Shown: in pieces, positions 44,791 through 53,382 of the stretch
How positions within the stretch are numbered: position 1 is the first letter of the stretch
Layout of the letters: every line of letters starts with the position of its first letter
NCBI GenBank assembly: GCA_944387965.1
Contig: CALXGW010000128.1
Location: 1-53,960, forward strand
Direction of reading: 5' to 3'
Length of the DNA stretch: 53,960 nt
DNA from: an uncultured Anaerotruncus sp.
GTDB taxonomy: Bacteria > Bacillota > Clostridia > Oscillospirales > Ruminococcaceae
Notes under the pieces: model-generated
Databases searched by the model: none
The model's input: the letters and a program-made list of their open reading frames with translations, nothing else
Told to the model about the DNA's origin: nothing
Position numbers and translations under genes: made by a program

Positions 44791-46824
44791 ATGAGAGGCA
44801 AGCTGCGTATCACTATGGGTAAAAAGATCGGGGCCATGATCGTGGCGATGGCTGTGATCCTGTGCGCGATTGCGCTGTTTGTCAGCTACCGGACGTACAA
44901 GGGACGGACCACCGAATTTTATACCCAGTTGGCGCATAACGCGGCCGCCACACTGGCCAGCCAGCTGACGCCGGAAGAACTGGACCACTACTATGAAACC
45001 CTGGAAATGGATGAGCGCTATTATGAGATCCAGGCGTTTATCAAGGATATGGTGGCGAATAATAATGTGGAGTACCTTTATGTCGTACGCCCGCATGATA
45101 TCGGCGTCACCTTCCTGTTCGATTCGGACATGGAAACCGGGGAAAATGGGGACTACACTTCCGGCGGGTACTGCGCGCTGGGCACTTATGTGGATCTGGC
45201 CGGTGAATTTGCAGAAAACCTTGACCGGCTGCTGGACGGCGAAGAGGTGGACCCGATCGTGCAGAAAGACCCCAGCTATGGGTGGCTGATGACCGCTATG
45301 GCCCCGGTGTGCTATGAAAACGGTGCGATGGCCGGCTATGTGATGGCCGATGTCAGTATGAACGACGTGGTGCAGGAGCAGCAGCATTTCCTCCTGTACA
45401 CCGGCAGCCTGCTGGCAGCGCTCACCCTGGGATTTACGCTGGTCTATCTGGTAATCATCCGCCGCAGTTTTATCCAGCCGGTCGAACAGCTCACCCAGGC
45501 CGCCCTCAAATACGAGGGAGGCGAGGGGAACAAGGTGTTCCGGCAGGTGGAGATCCGCAACAACCAGGAACTGAAATCATTGGCGGATGCGTTCCGTATG
45601 ATGCTGGTGGAGATCAATCTGAACAGTATGGAGCAGCAGGAACTTGCTGTGCGGGAACAACGGCTGGAAGGCGAACTGCAGCTGGCGCGGGCGCTGAATG
45701 TTTCATTGCTGCCCAAAGCGCTGCCGGTACATAAGGGCGGATATCCCTTTGATGTGCAGGGGTATCTGGAACAAGGGCAGGAATTGGCCTGTTGTTTCTA
45801 TGATTATTTCCTGATGGACGGGGAACGGCTGTGCGTACTGATCGGGGAGGTGCCGGGGCATGGCACTCCAGAGGTCATTTATACGGTAATGGCGCAGGCG
45901 ACCATCAAGAGCCAGATCCGTTCCGGACAGCCATTGGCGGCGGCGATGACAGCAGCCAACCAACAGCTTTATGAGGTGGGCAGCGGGCTGTCGATCCAGG
46001 TGCTGGCAGGGGTGTTGGAATGGGCGACCGGGAGTTTTTCCTATATCAACGCTGGTCTGCGGTCCCCTTTGCTCATGCGCAGCCAGGAATATTACGAATG
46101 GGGACGGGATGTTTCCTATGCGCCGCTGGGCCAGAGCGAGCATGTGCTTTACCGGGTGGAAAAACTGGAGCTGCGGCAGGGCGACAGGCTGTTGTTCCAT
46201 ACCATGGGACTGGATGAAATACAGGACCGGGATGGGGTCCCGTTTGCACAGGAACAGCTGCGGATCACGCTCAATGAAAAAAATAACCGTTTGGGCGACC
46301 TGGATATGCAGCTGCGCAGCCTGAATGCTGCGGCTGGCGCCTATGCCGGGCGGACGGCATCCATTGGGGGATATGCCCTGATGGCGCTGGAATACCGCCG
46401 GCGGGACAAAGCCCAGGCGCATTGTGCCCTCACCCCGGATGCAGCCGGAAGCACGGCATTGACGGGATTCCTGCGGGGACAGCTGGAAGCCAATGGCATC
46501 CAGGGCCGGCAGATGGCCCAGATGATGGTGTTGGGGGATGAATTGTTCATGCTGTGCCGCCGGCGTGCCCCACAGGATGGGCGGATCATGGCAGAATGTG
46601 CGATGCCGCCGGGAGAGGATCTGGCGATCCTGCGGTTCCGAGGGGATTTCGGTGGGTTAAGCCCGCTGGAACAACTGGAAGAAACGACGGCAGAACATGC
46701 GGTGGCCTTTATCAAAATGCATTGTGACAGGGTATTGTTTGAACATACAGAGTCGGTGGACAGCATAACGGTGGTCAAACGCCTGGTATTGGATACGCAG
46801 AAGGAAAGAGGGCAATTTGTATGA
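44791..46824 (+). CDS. membrane sensor-HAMP-degenerate SpoIIE/PP2C plus degenerate HATPase domain
   Basis: FYDYF..IGEVPGHG, NAGLRSP, HTMGLDE, GGYALMAL: metal-binding Asp residues replaced. Confidence 0.8.
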   Translation: MRGKLRITMGKKIGAMIVAMAVILCAIALFVSYRTYKGRTTEFYTQLAHNAAATLASQLTPEELDHYYETLEMDERYYEIQAFIKDMVANNNVEYLYVVRPHDIGVTFLFDSDMETGENGDYTSGGYCALGTYVDLAGEFAENLDRLLDGEEVDPIVQKDPSYGWLMTAMAPVCYENGAMAGYVMADVSMNDVVQEQQHFLLYTGSLLAALTLGFTLVYLVIIRRSFIQPVEQLTQAALKYEGGEGNKVFRQVEIRNNQELKSLADAFRMMLVEINLNSMEQQELAVREQRLEGELQLARALNVSLLPKALPVHKGGYPFDVQGYLEQGQELACCFYDYFLMDGERLCVLIGEVPGHGTPEVIYTVMAQATIKSQIRSGQPLAAAMTAANQQLYEVGSGLSIQVLAGVLEWATGSFSYINAGLRSPLLMRSQEYYEWGRDVSYAPLGQSEHVLYRVEKLELRQGDRLLFHTMGLDEIQDRDGVPFAQEQLRITLNEKNNRLGDLDMQLRSLNAAAGAYAGRTASIGGYALMALEYRRRDKAQAHCALTPDAAGSTALTGFLRGQLEANGIQGRQMAQMMVLGDELFMLCRRRAPQDGRIMAECAMPPGEDLAILRFRGDFGGLSPLEQLEETTAEHAVAFIKMHCDRVLFEHTESVDSITVVKRLVLDTQKERGQFV

Positions 46825-48458
46825 AACAGAGAGTGCGGTTTTCCCTGGGGAAAAAACTGACGATCCTGATCGTACTGCTCAGTATCATGTTGAGCTTGGT
46901 AGCGATCGCAGTGAGCTACTGGATCTTCAGTGCAACAATGACCGATTATTATGAACGTCTGGGTACCAACCTGGTGCGTACCCTCGCCAGCCAGCTGGAT
47001 GCAAAAGAACTGGACTACTATTATGAAACCGGGACGATGGACGAGGAGTATTACCAAACCCAGAGTTTTATCCGGGATATGGTGGACAGCAACGACGTGG
47101 AATATCTTTATGTGGTGCGTCCGCATGGGGTCGGCGTGACCTTCCTGTTCGATTCGGATATGGAGATGGGTACCGACGGCAGTTATGACGAAGGGGGATA
47201 CTGCGCACTGGGTACCTATGTGGACCTGGTAGGGGATTTCGCAGCCAACCTGGATAACCTGTTGGCCGGCAGCCCGGTGAACCCGATCATCCAGCAGGAT
47301 GAAAGCTATGGGTGGCTGATGACTGCTATGACGCCGGTGCTCCATGAAGATGGGACGATGGCAGGTTACGTCATGGCGGATATCAGCATGAATGAGGTGA
47401 TGAATACCCGGCGGACCTTCCTGATCGTGCTGGGTGCGCTGCTGACGGCCCTTACCATTGGCTTTATCGCCTTGTGCCTGGCTGTCGTGCGCCGTCAGGT
47501 GGTACGGCCGATCGACCTGCTTACCCAGGCGACCGGGGCATTCATCCAGAACAATGAGGCGGAACTGGCGGAAGGCACGGCAACTGTGAATGTGCCTGCG
47601 ATCCGCACCGGGGACGAGGTGGAACTGCTGGCCAACTCGTTCCGGCAAATGGAGGAGGATATGATCTCCTATATCCGCAGTTTTATGGAGATCACCGCAG
47701 AGAAGGAGCGCATTGGGGCGGAACTGAATGTTGCCACCCAGATCCAGGCGGATATGCTGCCCCGGATCTTCCCTGCCTTCCCGGACCGTGCGGAATTCGA
47801 TATTTATGCCACTATGGACCCGGCCAAAGAAGTGGGCGGCGACTTCTATGATTTCTTCCTGGTGGATGACGACCATCTGGCGGTGGTCATCGCCGACGTA
47901 TCGGGCAAAGGGGTACCGGCAGCCCTGTTCATGGTCATCGCCAAGACGCTGATCAAAAACCATGCCCAGAATAAGGACACCCCGGGAGAGGTATTTACCC
48001 AGACCAATGAACAGCTATGCGAAGGCAATGACGCCGGGCTGTTTGTGACCGCATGGATGGGGATATTGGAGATCAGCACCGGCAAATTCATTTATGTGAA
48101 CGCCGGCCATAACCCGCCCCTGCTCAAACATGCCGATGGGTGTTTTGAATGGCTCAAATCGCGTCCTGGATTTGTGCTGGCAGGGATGGAAGGCAGCCGT
48201 TACCGGGAAAATGTGTTGGAGTTGACGCCTGGGGATACCCTTTACCTTTACACCGACGGCGTAACCGAAGCAACCAATGCTTCCCAGGAGTTGTTTGGGG
48301 AGGACCGGCTGCTGGCAGCCTTGAATGAAGAACCAGGCCTGCCGGTCAATCAGCTGCTTCCCAAGATCAAAGGGCAGATCGACAGTTTTGTAGGCGAAGC
48401 TGAACAATTTGACGACATCACCATGTTAGGATTGTCTTACCGCAGTAAGGGGGTTTAA
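46821..48458 (+). CDS. membrane sensor-HAMP-SpoIIE/PP2C phosphatase (RsbU-like)
   Basis: EVGGDFYDFF, IADVSGKGVPAA, NAGHNPP, YTDGVTEA, DDITML. Confidence 0.95.
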   Translation: MKQRVRFSLGKKLTILIVLLSIMLSLVAIAVSYWIFSATMTDYYERLGTNLVRTLASQLDAKELDYYYETGTMDEEYYQTQSFIRDMVDSNDVEYLYVVRPHGVGVTFLFDSDMEMGTDGSYDEGGYCALGTYVDLVGDFAANLDNLLAGSPVNPIIQQDESYGWLMTAMTPVLHEDGTMAGYVMADISMNEVMNTRRTFLIVLGALLTALTIGFIALCLAVVRRQVVRPIDLLTQATGAFIQNNEAELAEGTATVNVPAIRTGDEVELLANSFRQMEEDMISYIRSFMEITAEKERIGAELNVATQIQADMLPRIFPAFPDRAEFDIYATMDPAKEVGGDFYDFFLVDDDHLAVVIADVSGKGVPAALFMVIAKTLIKNHAQNKDTPGEVFTQTNEQLCEGNDAGLFVTAWMGILEISTGKFIYVNAGHNPPLLKHADGCFEWLKSRPGFVLAGMEGSRYRENVLELTPGDTLYLYTDGVTEATNASQELFGEDRLLAALNEEPGLPVNQLLPKIKGQIDSFVGEAEQFDDITMLGLSYRSKGV

Positions 48459-48462
48459 GGAG

Positions 48463-48873
48463 ATGACAGAACGGATTTTCCCTGCGTCCCAGGATCAGCT
48501 GGAACAGGTACAGGCATTTATAGGCGAACAACTGGAAGGGTACCCCTGTTCCAGCAAGGTAAAATTCCAGCTAGATGTGGCGGTGGAGGAGATATTTGTG
48601 AATATTGCCCACTATGCCTACCGTCCGGAGCAGGAGGGGAAAGCCACCATCCGGTGCTGTGTGGGGGGGTCGCCGCTCCAGGTGACCATCCAGTTCCTGG
48701 ATAACGGAAAACCCTTTAACCCACTGGCAAAGGAGGATGCCGATACCACACTCTCCGCTGAAGCACGGCAGATCGGCGGGCTGGGTATCCTGATGGTCAA
48801 AAAGAGCATGGATGCGGTGGATTATGCCTATGAGGATGGGAAAAATATCCTGACGATCAAAAAGAGCATCTGA
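48463..48873 (+). CDS. anti-sigma factor Ser/Thr kinase (RsbW/SpoIIAB-like)
   Basis: AVEEIFVNIAHYAY, DNGKPFNP, GGLGILMVKKSMD. Confidence 0.93.
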   Translation: MTERIFPASQDQLEQVQAFIGEQLEGYPCSSKVKFQLDVAVEEIFVNIAHYAYRPEQEGKATIRCCVGGSPLQVTIQFLDNGKPFNPLAKEDADTTLSAEARQIGGLGILMVKKSMDAVDYAYEDGKNILTIKKSI

Positions 48874-48879
48874 ACCAGT

Positions 48880-49857
48880 ATGGGAGAATTGGAGCAAAAC
48901 AAGATGATCAACTTTCGGGAACCGGAAATTGCAGATAAGCAGTGGGTGGAGGCTTGTTTCCATGCCTCAGGAAACCAGGGCTGTGAATACAGCTTTGCGA
49001 CCCTGTTTTTATGGAGCAGGTCGTATCACCAACAGGTCGCCCGTATGGACGGGTATGTGCTGGAACGAATGAGCGGCGCCAGGGGCCCAGGCTACCTGTT
49101 TCCGGCAGGCAGCGGCCCGTTGGAACCGGTGCTTTCCGCTTTGGAGGCAGATGCGGAAGAACGGGGGGAAACTTGCCAATTTTTCTGCGTTACACCGGAA
49201 CAAAAATTGCTGCTGGAAGCATCCCGGCCGGGGGAATACCGGCTGGAACCCGACCGGGACGGATGGGATTATATCTATCAGGTGGAACGTCTGGCGGAAC
49301 TGAAGGGCAAAAAGCTCCAGGCCAAACGCAACCATATCAACCGTTTTTTAGAGCGGTACCCGGATTGGCAGGTGGAAGAGATCACAACAAAAAACCTGGG
49401 GGAATGCGTTGTGATGGACCTGGAATGGAACCGCCTTTACCGCACCGAAAACGGGGATGCAGAAAAGGAAGCGCGGACCCGTTTGGATGAGCGCCATGCC
49501 ATGTTTAAAGCATTTTCCACCTATGAACAGCTGGACCTGTATGGGCTGCTGCTCCGTGCGGAGGGGCGGGTATTGGCGTTTACGATGGGCAGCCTGATCA
49601 ATGAGGAAACGATCGATGTACATTTTGAGAAGGCATATGGGGAAATCCAGGGGGCTTACCCCATGATAAACCGGGAATTTGCCCGTTGGGTACGGGAGAA
49701 CCATCCGCATGTCCTTTGGCTCAACCGGGAGGACGATATGGGGCTGGAAGGGCTGCGCAGGTCGAAAAACTCTTATCATCCGGACCGGATGGTCGAAAAA
49801 TATCTGGCCGTCCGGGAAAAGGGCAGCCCAGCCCGATCAGGCAGGGATGAGGGATGA
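48880..49857 (+). CDS. DUF2156 family protein (aminoacyl-transferase/GNAT fold)
   Basis: CEYSFATLFLW, DYIY..L..LKGKKLQAKRNHINRF, VHFEKA, NREDDMGLEGLRRSK.SYHP. Confidence 0.88.
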   Translation: MGELEQNKMINFREPEIADKQWVEACFHASGNQGCEYSFATLFLWSRSYHQQVARMDGYVLERMSGARGPGYLFPAGSGPLEPVLSALEADAEERGETCQFFCVTPEQKLLLEASRPGEYRLEPDRDGWDYIYQVERLAELKGKKLQAKRNHINRFLERYPDWQVEEITTKNLGECVVMDLEWNRLYRTENGDAEKEARTRLDERHAMFKAFSTYEQLDLYGLLLRAEGRVLAFTMGSLINEETIDVHFEKAYGEIQGAYPMINREFARWVRENHPHVLWLNREDDMGLEGLRRSKNSYHPDRMVEKYLAVREKGSPARSGRDEG

Positions 49858-49885
49858 CACGGATCAGAAAGAGGGGGAAGATGCA

Positions 49886-50737
49886 ATGGGCCAGTTGAAC
49901 TTATGCACGGTCGGGCCGCAGGATACTGCTTTTTTGCAGTATATCCCAGCCTGTTTCCATCCTCTGCTGGACCAGGAGGGCACCGTCTGCGTAGGGGCGG
50001 TATACAACGGCGCATCCTGCGGGGTGGCCCTGGCGGAACGTTATACATGGGGCAAGTATTACCTGCGTTACATCTTCGTGGATCCAAAAGCCCGGTTATG
50101 CGGGTTGGGAACCTACCTGCTCAGAGGGCTGCTGGGACGCCTGCAGGGGAAAGGGGCAAAATGGGTCAAGGCGGTCTATGATCCCAGCATGCTGGAAGGA
50201 GAGCGGCAGATATTGGGAATCCTGGAACGGGCAGGGCTTTCACAGCCCGAACCGATCTCCACGAATTTCTCCACCCGATTGGGGGATATCCCGGAATTGG
50301 ATATCCCACTGCCACCGTCGATGGCGGTTTACAGCGCTGCGGACGCCCCGCCCGAGGTGCAGGAAGCATACATAGACCTGCTGGAAGGAAAAGATTTGCC
50401 CGCTTATGCTGATGTGCGGGGGATGGAGGGAGTATCCGCAGAACTTTGCAGCTTTTGCGCGGTAGAAGGGAAACTTTCCGGGATATTCCTGATCGGCCGG
50501 AAAGCAGATGGGATTTGCCTGGAAGGGCTGTATGTCCTGCCCGCATTTCGCGGAGGACGTACAGCGGTAGCGTTGATTTCCCGGAGTATCCGTGCAGGTA
50601 AAGCAATATTGCCGCCGGAAACCGAAGTATGGACGTCCGCCATCAGCCGGGAATCCTTTTCCTTATGTGACAAGTTGCTGCGGCTGGGCAGCCGGGCTAA
50701 AAAAGAAACGGAATTCAGTTGCATCTATCAATTTTGA
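49886..50737 (+). CDS. tandem GNAT-like acetyltransferase
   Basis: IFVDPKARLCGLGTYLL and LYVLPAFRGG acetyl-CoA motifs. Confidence 0.75.
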   Translation: MGQLNLCTVGPQDTAFLQYIPACFHPLLDQEGTVCVGAVYNGASCGVALAERYTWGKYYLRYIFVDPKARLCGLGTYLLRGLLGRLQGKGAKWVKAVYDPSMLEGERQILGILERAGLSQPEPISTNFSTRLGDIPELDIPLPPSMAVYSAADAPPEVQEAYIDLLEGKDLPAYADVRGMEGVSAELCSFCAVEGKLSGIFLIGRKADGICLEGLYVLPAFRGGRTAVALISRSIRAGKAILPPETEVWTSAISRESFSLCDKLLRLGSRAKKETEFSCIYQF

Positions 50738-50754
50738 AAAAGGGGGAACGACAT

Positions 50755-52455
50755 ATGCAGACCTATACAACAAAGCGCAGAACCGCGGATCGGGCGGCAC
50801 AGCCCCAGACAGGGCCGGAGATTTCTAAAAGCGATATGCTCCATATGTCCAATGCCGGCGCGCCCCAGCCAATGTCACCGGCCTTGCGGGAAAAGTTCGA
50901 ACCGGGTTTTTCCGCAGATTTTTCCAATATCCGCATCAGCCGGGGACATATCCCGGACGAGATGGGCGTCCAGGCGGTGGCCCAGGGCACCGATATCCTG
51001 TTGGACAGCCGTGCCGGGATGGATGTGCTGGGGCATGAGCTGGCCCATGTGGTACAGCAGGCACAGGGCCGGGTAGACGGCGGTTTCCCAGTGGTGGACA
51101 ACGCAGCTTTGGAGCATGAAGCCGATATCATGGGAAGCCGGGTTTCATCCGGGCTTTCGGCGCATATCGGCAGCGAAAACGGGTTTGGCGGCGAAATGAC
51201 GTCCATTGCCCCAATGTCGGGCGCCAATGCTCCGGCCCAGTGTAAAAGTTTGAAAGAAAAGGAAGAAGAAAAAGCTCAGGCAGCCCATACAGCTGCAGCA
51301 GGAAACAGCGGTGGGTTTGTATCAAGCAGGGTAAACTCTGTACCGCATGCTCTTGGCTCGGATGCACAGCTGAAAGTACAGCAGAATGCGGGCGGAGTCC
51401 CGCTGCCTGCCGCCGCCATGCAGGCATCAAAGGATGCAGGCGGGAATCAGAGTGAGATCTTCCAGGCCAGCCAGCTGCGTACAAATAAGACAGCTTCTGC
51501 AGATGCAGTAAAAACGCGGAAAGGGAGCGCTTTCGCCGGCCTGGGTGAAGACCTGAGGGACTGGGGCCTGGGCCTGCAGAAACAGGGGCTCCAGTGGGGA
51601 AAGGTTCAGGAGGACGCCGTATCTGGCCGATCCATATTTGGCGGGCAAAACTTTAGAATCAGCCCTGAGATTTCTTCTATGTCGATGAGTGTTATGGATA
51701 TTTACGATCAATATCTTCAGCGCCCTGAAATTCAGCAGTTCATGAAGGATCGCTACAGCCTGCTCACCGGCACCGATGTTTTTGATGAGGACGCAGGAAA
51801 CGGCACCGAATTGGACTATATGATGACCGATGTGATGAACCGGGATTTTGGATCGGATGCCTTCGGTATGCTGAAGGAAGGTATCACTAACAGCAGCGCG
51901 GATCCGGCTAAGGATACAACCTATTTGGGCGCCAGTGCGTTAAACAGTTTCCTGACCCGTTTGCCAAACGTCGTACGCGATCTGGACAGCGGAAATACGG
52001 ATATGTCGGTCGTACCGGCCCATATGCTGCCGGCCATTGACCGGTATAAACAGATGCGCGCAAAGATTGGACAGATGGTCGCCCCCAACAGTTATGACCC
52101 GGCCACCGGCGCCCGCGCCCAGGCCCCAGCGCCTGCGCCGGCCCCAGCTCCAGCGCCTGCGCCGGCCCCGGCTCAGAGGGTCATTTCTCCACAGGGCGGC
52201 AGACGGTATGTGACGCAGGCTGATCTGCCGCAGAGCGGTCCTGGTTGGTCCCACACCAGTTCCCAGTCTGTAGCCCCGCCTCAGCAGCGGGTCATTTCCC
52301 CACAAGGCGGCAAACGGTATGTGACGCAGGCTGACCTGCCGCAGAGCGGCCCCGGCTGGTCCCATACAAGTTCTCAGACCGTAGCCCCAGCGCCGGCCCC
52401 GGCAGCAGGACAAAAGAAAAGGAACTTTTTCTCCCGTCTTTTCCATAGATCCTGA
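50755..52455 (+). CDS. DUF4157 (eCIS core domain) cargo/effector protein
   Basis: LREKFEPGFSADFSNIRI, AVAQGTDI, LGHELAHVVQQAQGRV, LEHEAD; unknown C-terminal domain. Confidence 0.88.
   Translation: MQTYTTKRRTADRAAQPQTGPEISKSDMLHMSNAGAPQPMSPALREKFEPGFSADFSNIRISRGHIPDEMGVQAVAQGTDILLDSRAGMDVLGHELAHVVQQAQGRVDGGFPVVDNAALEHEADIMGSRVSSGLSAHIGSENGFGGEMTSIAPMSGANAPAQCKSLKEKEEEKAQAAHTAAAGNSGGFVSSRVNSVPHALGSDAQLKVQQNAGGVPLPAAAMQASKDAGGNQSEIFQASQLRTNKTASADAVKTRKGSAFAGLGEDLRDWGLGLQKQGLQWGKVQEDAVSGRSIFGGQNFRISPEISSMSMSVMDIYDQYLQRPEIQQFMKDRYSLLTGTDVFDEDAGNGTELDYMMTDVMNRDFGSDAFGMLKEGITNSSADPAKDTTYLGASALNSFLTRLPNVVRDLDSGNTDMSVVPAHMLPAIDRYKQMRAKIGQMVAPNSYDPATGARAQAPAPAPAPAPAPAPAPAQRVISPQGGRRYVTQADLPQSGPGWSHTSSQSVAPPQQRVISPQGGKRYVTQADLPQSGPGWSHTSSQTVAPAPAPAAGQKKRNFFSRLFHRS
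52118..52388 (+). repeat. (AP)n linker plus 2 x 111-bp-period repeat in the effector C-terminus
   Basis: QRVISPQGG(R/K)RYVTQADLPQSGPGWSHTSSQ(S/T)VAP at 52174 and 52285. Confidence 0.9.
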
Positions 52456-52571
52456 GCCAGGGCAGGAATGTTTACATGCAGGGGTTCTCTTTTTAAAAAT
52501 CTGTGAAAAGATGGATACTGCAAACAAAAAGCGCCTCATATGGGGCGGCACACATAAAACAGTATAAGATT

Positions 52572-52617
52572 GCTTATGAGAAACGGCGTAGCTTCGGCTA
52601 TGCCGTTTCTCATAAGC
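52572..52617. other. 21-bp hairpin with a cUUCGg tetraloop
   Basis: GCTTATGAGAAACGGCGTAGC-TTCG-GCTATGCCGTTTCTCATAAGC. Confidence 0.7.
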
Positions 52618-52696
52618 TGAACCCTTTATAGGGAAGGCATTTTGATTTGCTTTAACTGCCGGTAACTCAACCATGTGTTCTACCGGAGTATATGGC

Positions 52697-52743
52697 TTGA
52701 CATTTTTTGCTTAATATGTAACAATAGTTATGTAACATATGTT
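52697..52743 (+). promoter_or_regulatory. putative tetR promoter with overlapping operator
   Basis: TTGACA-N17-AACAAT (with TGn); repeated TATGTAACA and palindromes TAACAATAGTTA and AACATATGTT. Confidence 0.5.
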
Positions 52744-52773
52744 TTATATCAGGCTTGAAAAGAGGATTATGCT

Positions 52774-53382
52774 ATGCCGCCGAAACCAAAAATCACAAAA
52801 GAAATGATTTTAACTACTGTTTTGGATATTACGCGAAAAACAGGCTTTGAAGCAGTCAACGCGAGAAGCATTGCGGGAAAACTGCAATGCTCAACGCGCC
52901 CAATATTCACCTGTTATGAGAACATGGAAGAACTGAAGGCCGAGTTTTTGGACTTTGCCTTTGAATATTACAACCAATATGTCGAGAAATATAAAAAATC
53001 TGAACAGGTTGTATCTTACCTGCTGTTTCCCCTTTCCTATATCGAGTTTGCAAAAGAGGAAACAAATCTGTTTCGGCTGCTGTTCATCAGCGACATGGAT
53101 TTGGATATGTTGGAAGCAAACGACTTTTACCGGGAACTCGGCAACGAAGCAAAGGCCAAAGCCTTTTCACAGATGATAGGTGTAGATCCCAAACAGGGCA
53201 AAGAAATATTTTTGGATTTATTTCTTTATTCACATGGTATTGCAGTTTTGACGGCAACCGGAAAGCTGTCATTCGATAACCGCAATTTGGAAAATATGCT
53301 GAAAAACTTTCTGTCGGCATATGTGAAACAGGAAAGAGAAAAGGCAGGGATATCCTATGGAATCCAATCATTATCTCATTGA
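52774..53382 (+). CDS. TetR/AcrR family regulator
   Basis: MPPKPKITKEMIL..GFEAVNARSIAGKLQCSTRPIFTCY. Confidence 0.9.
   Translation: MPPKPKITKEMILTTVLDITRKTGFEAVNARSIAGKLQCSTRPIFTCYENMEELKAEFLDFAFEYYNQYVEKYKKSEQVVSYLLFPLSYIEFAKEETNLFRLLFISDMDLDMLEANDFYRELGNEAKAKAFSQMIGVDPKQGKEIFLDLFLYSHGIAVLTATGKLSFDNRNLENMLKNFLSAYVKQEREKAGISYGIQSLSH

Larger units (their letters stand above)
13223..52455 (+). other. contractile injection system (eCIS, Afp/PVC-like) gene cluster with accessory membrane and signalling modules
   Basis: Co-oriented sheath, tubes, LysM, hub, spike, gp25, baseplate J x2, fibre, DUF4255, DUF4280, AAA ATPase, DUF4157; no head, terminase or integrase genes. Confidence 0.92.
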
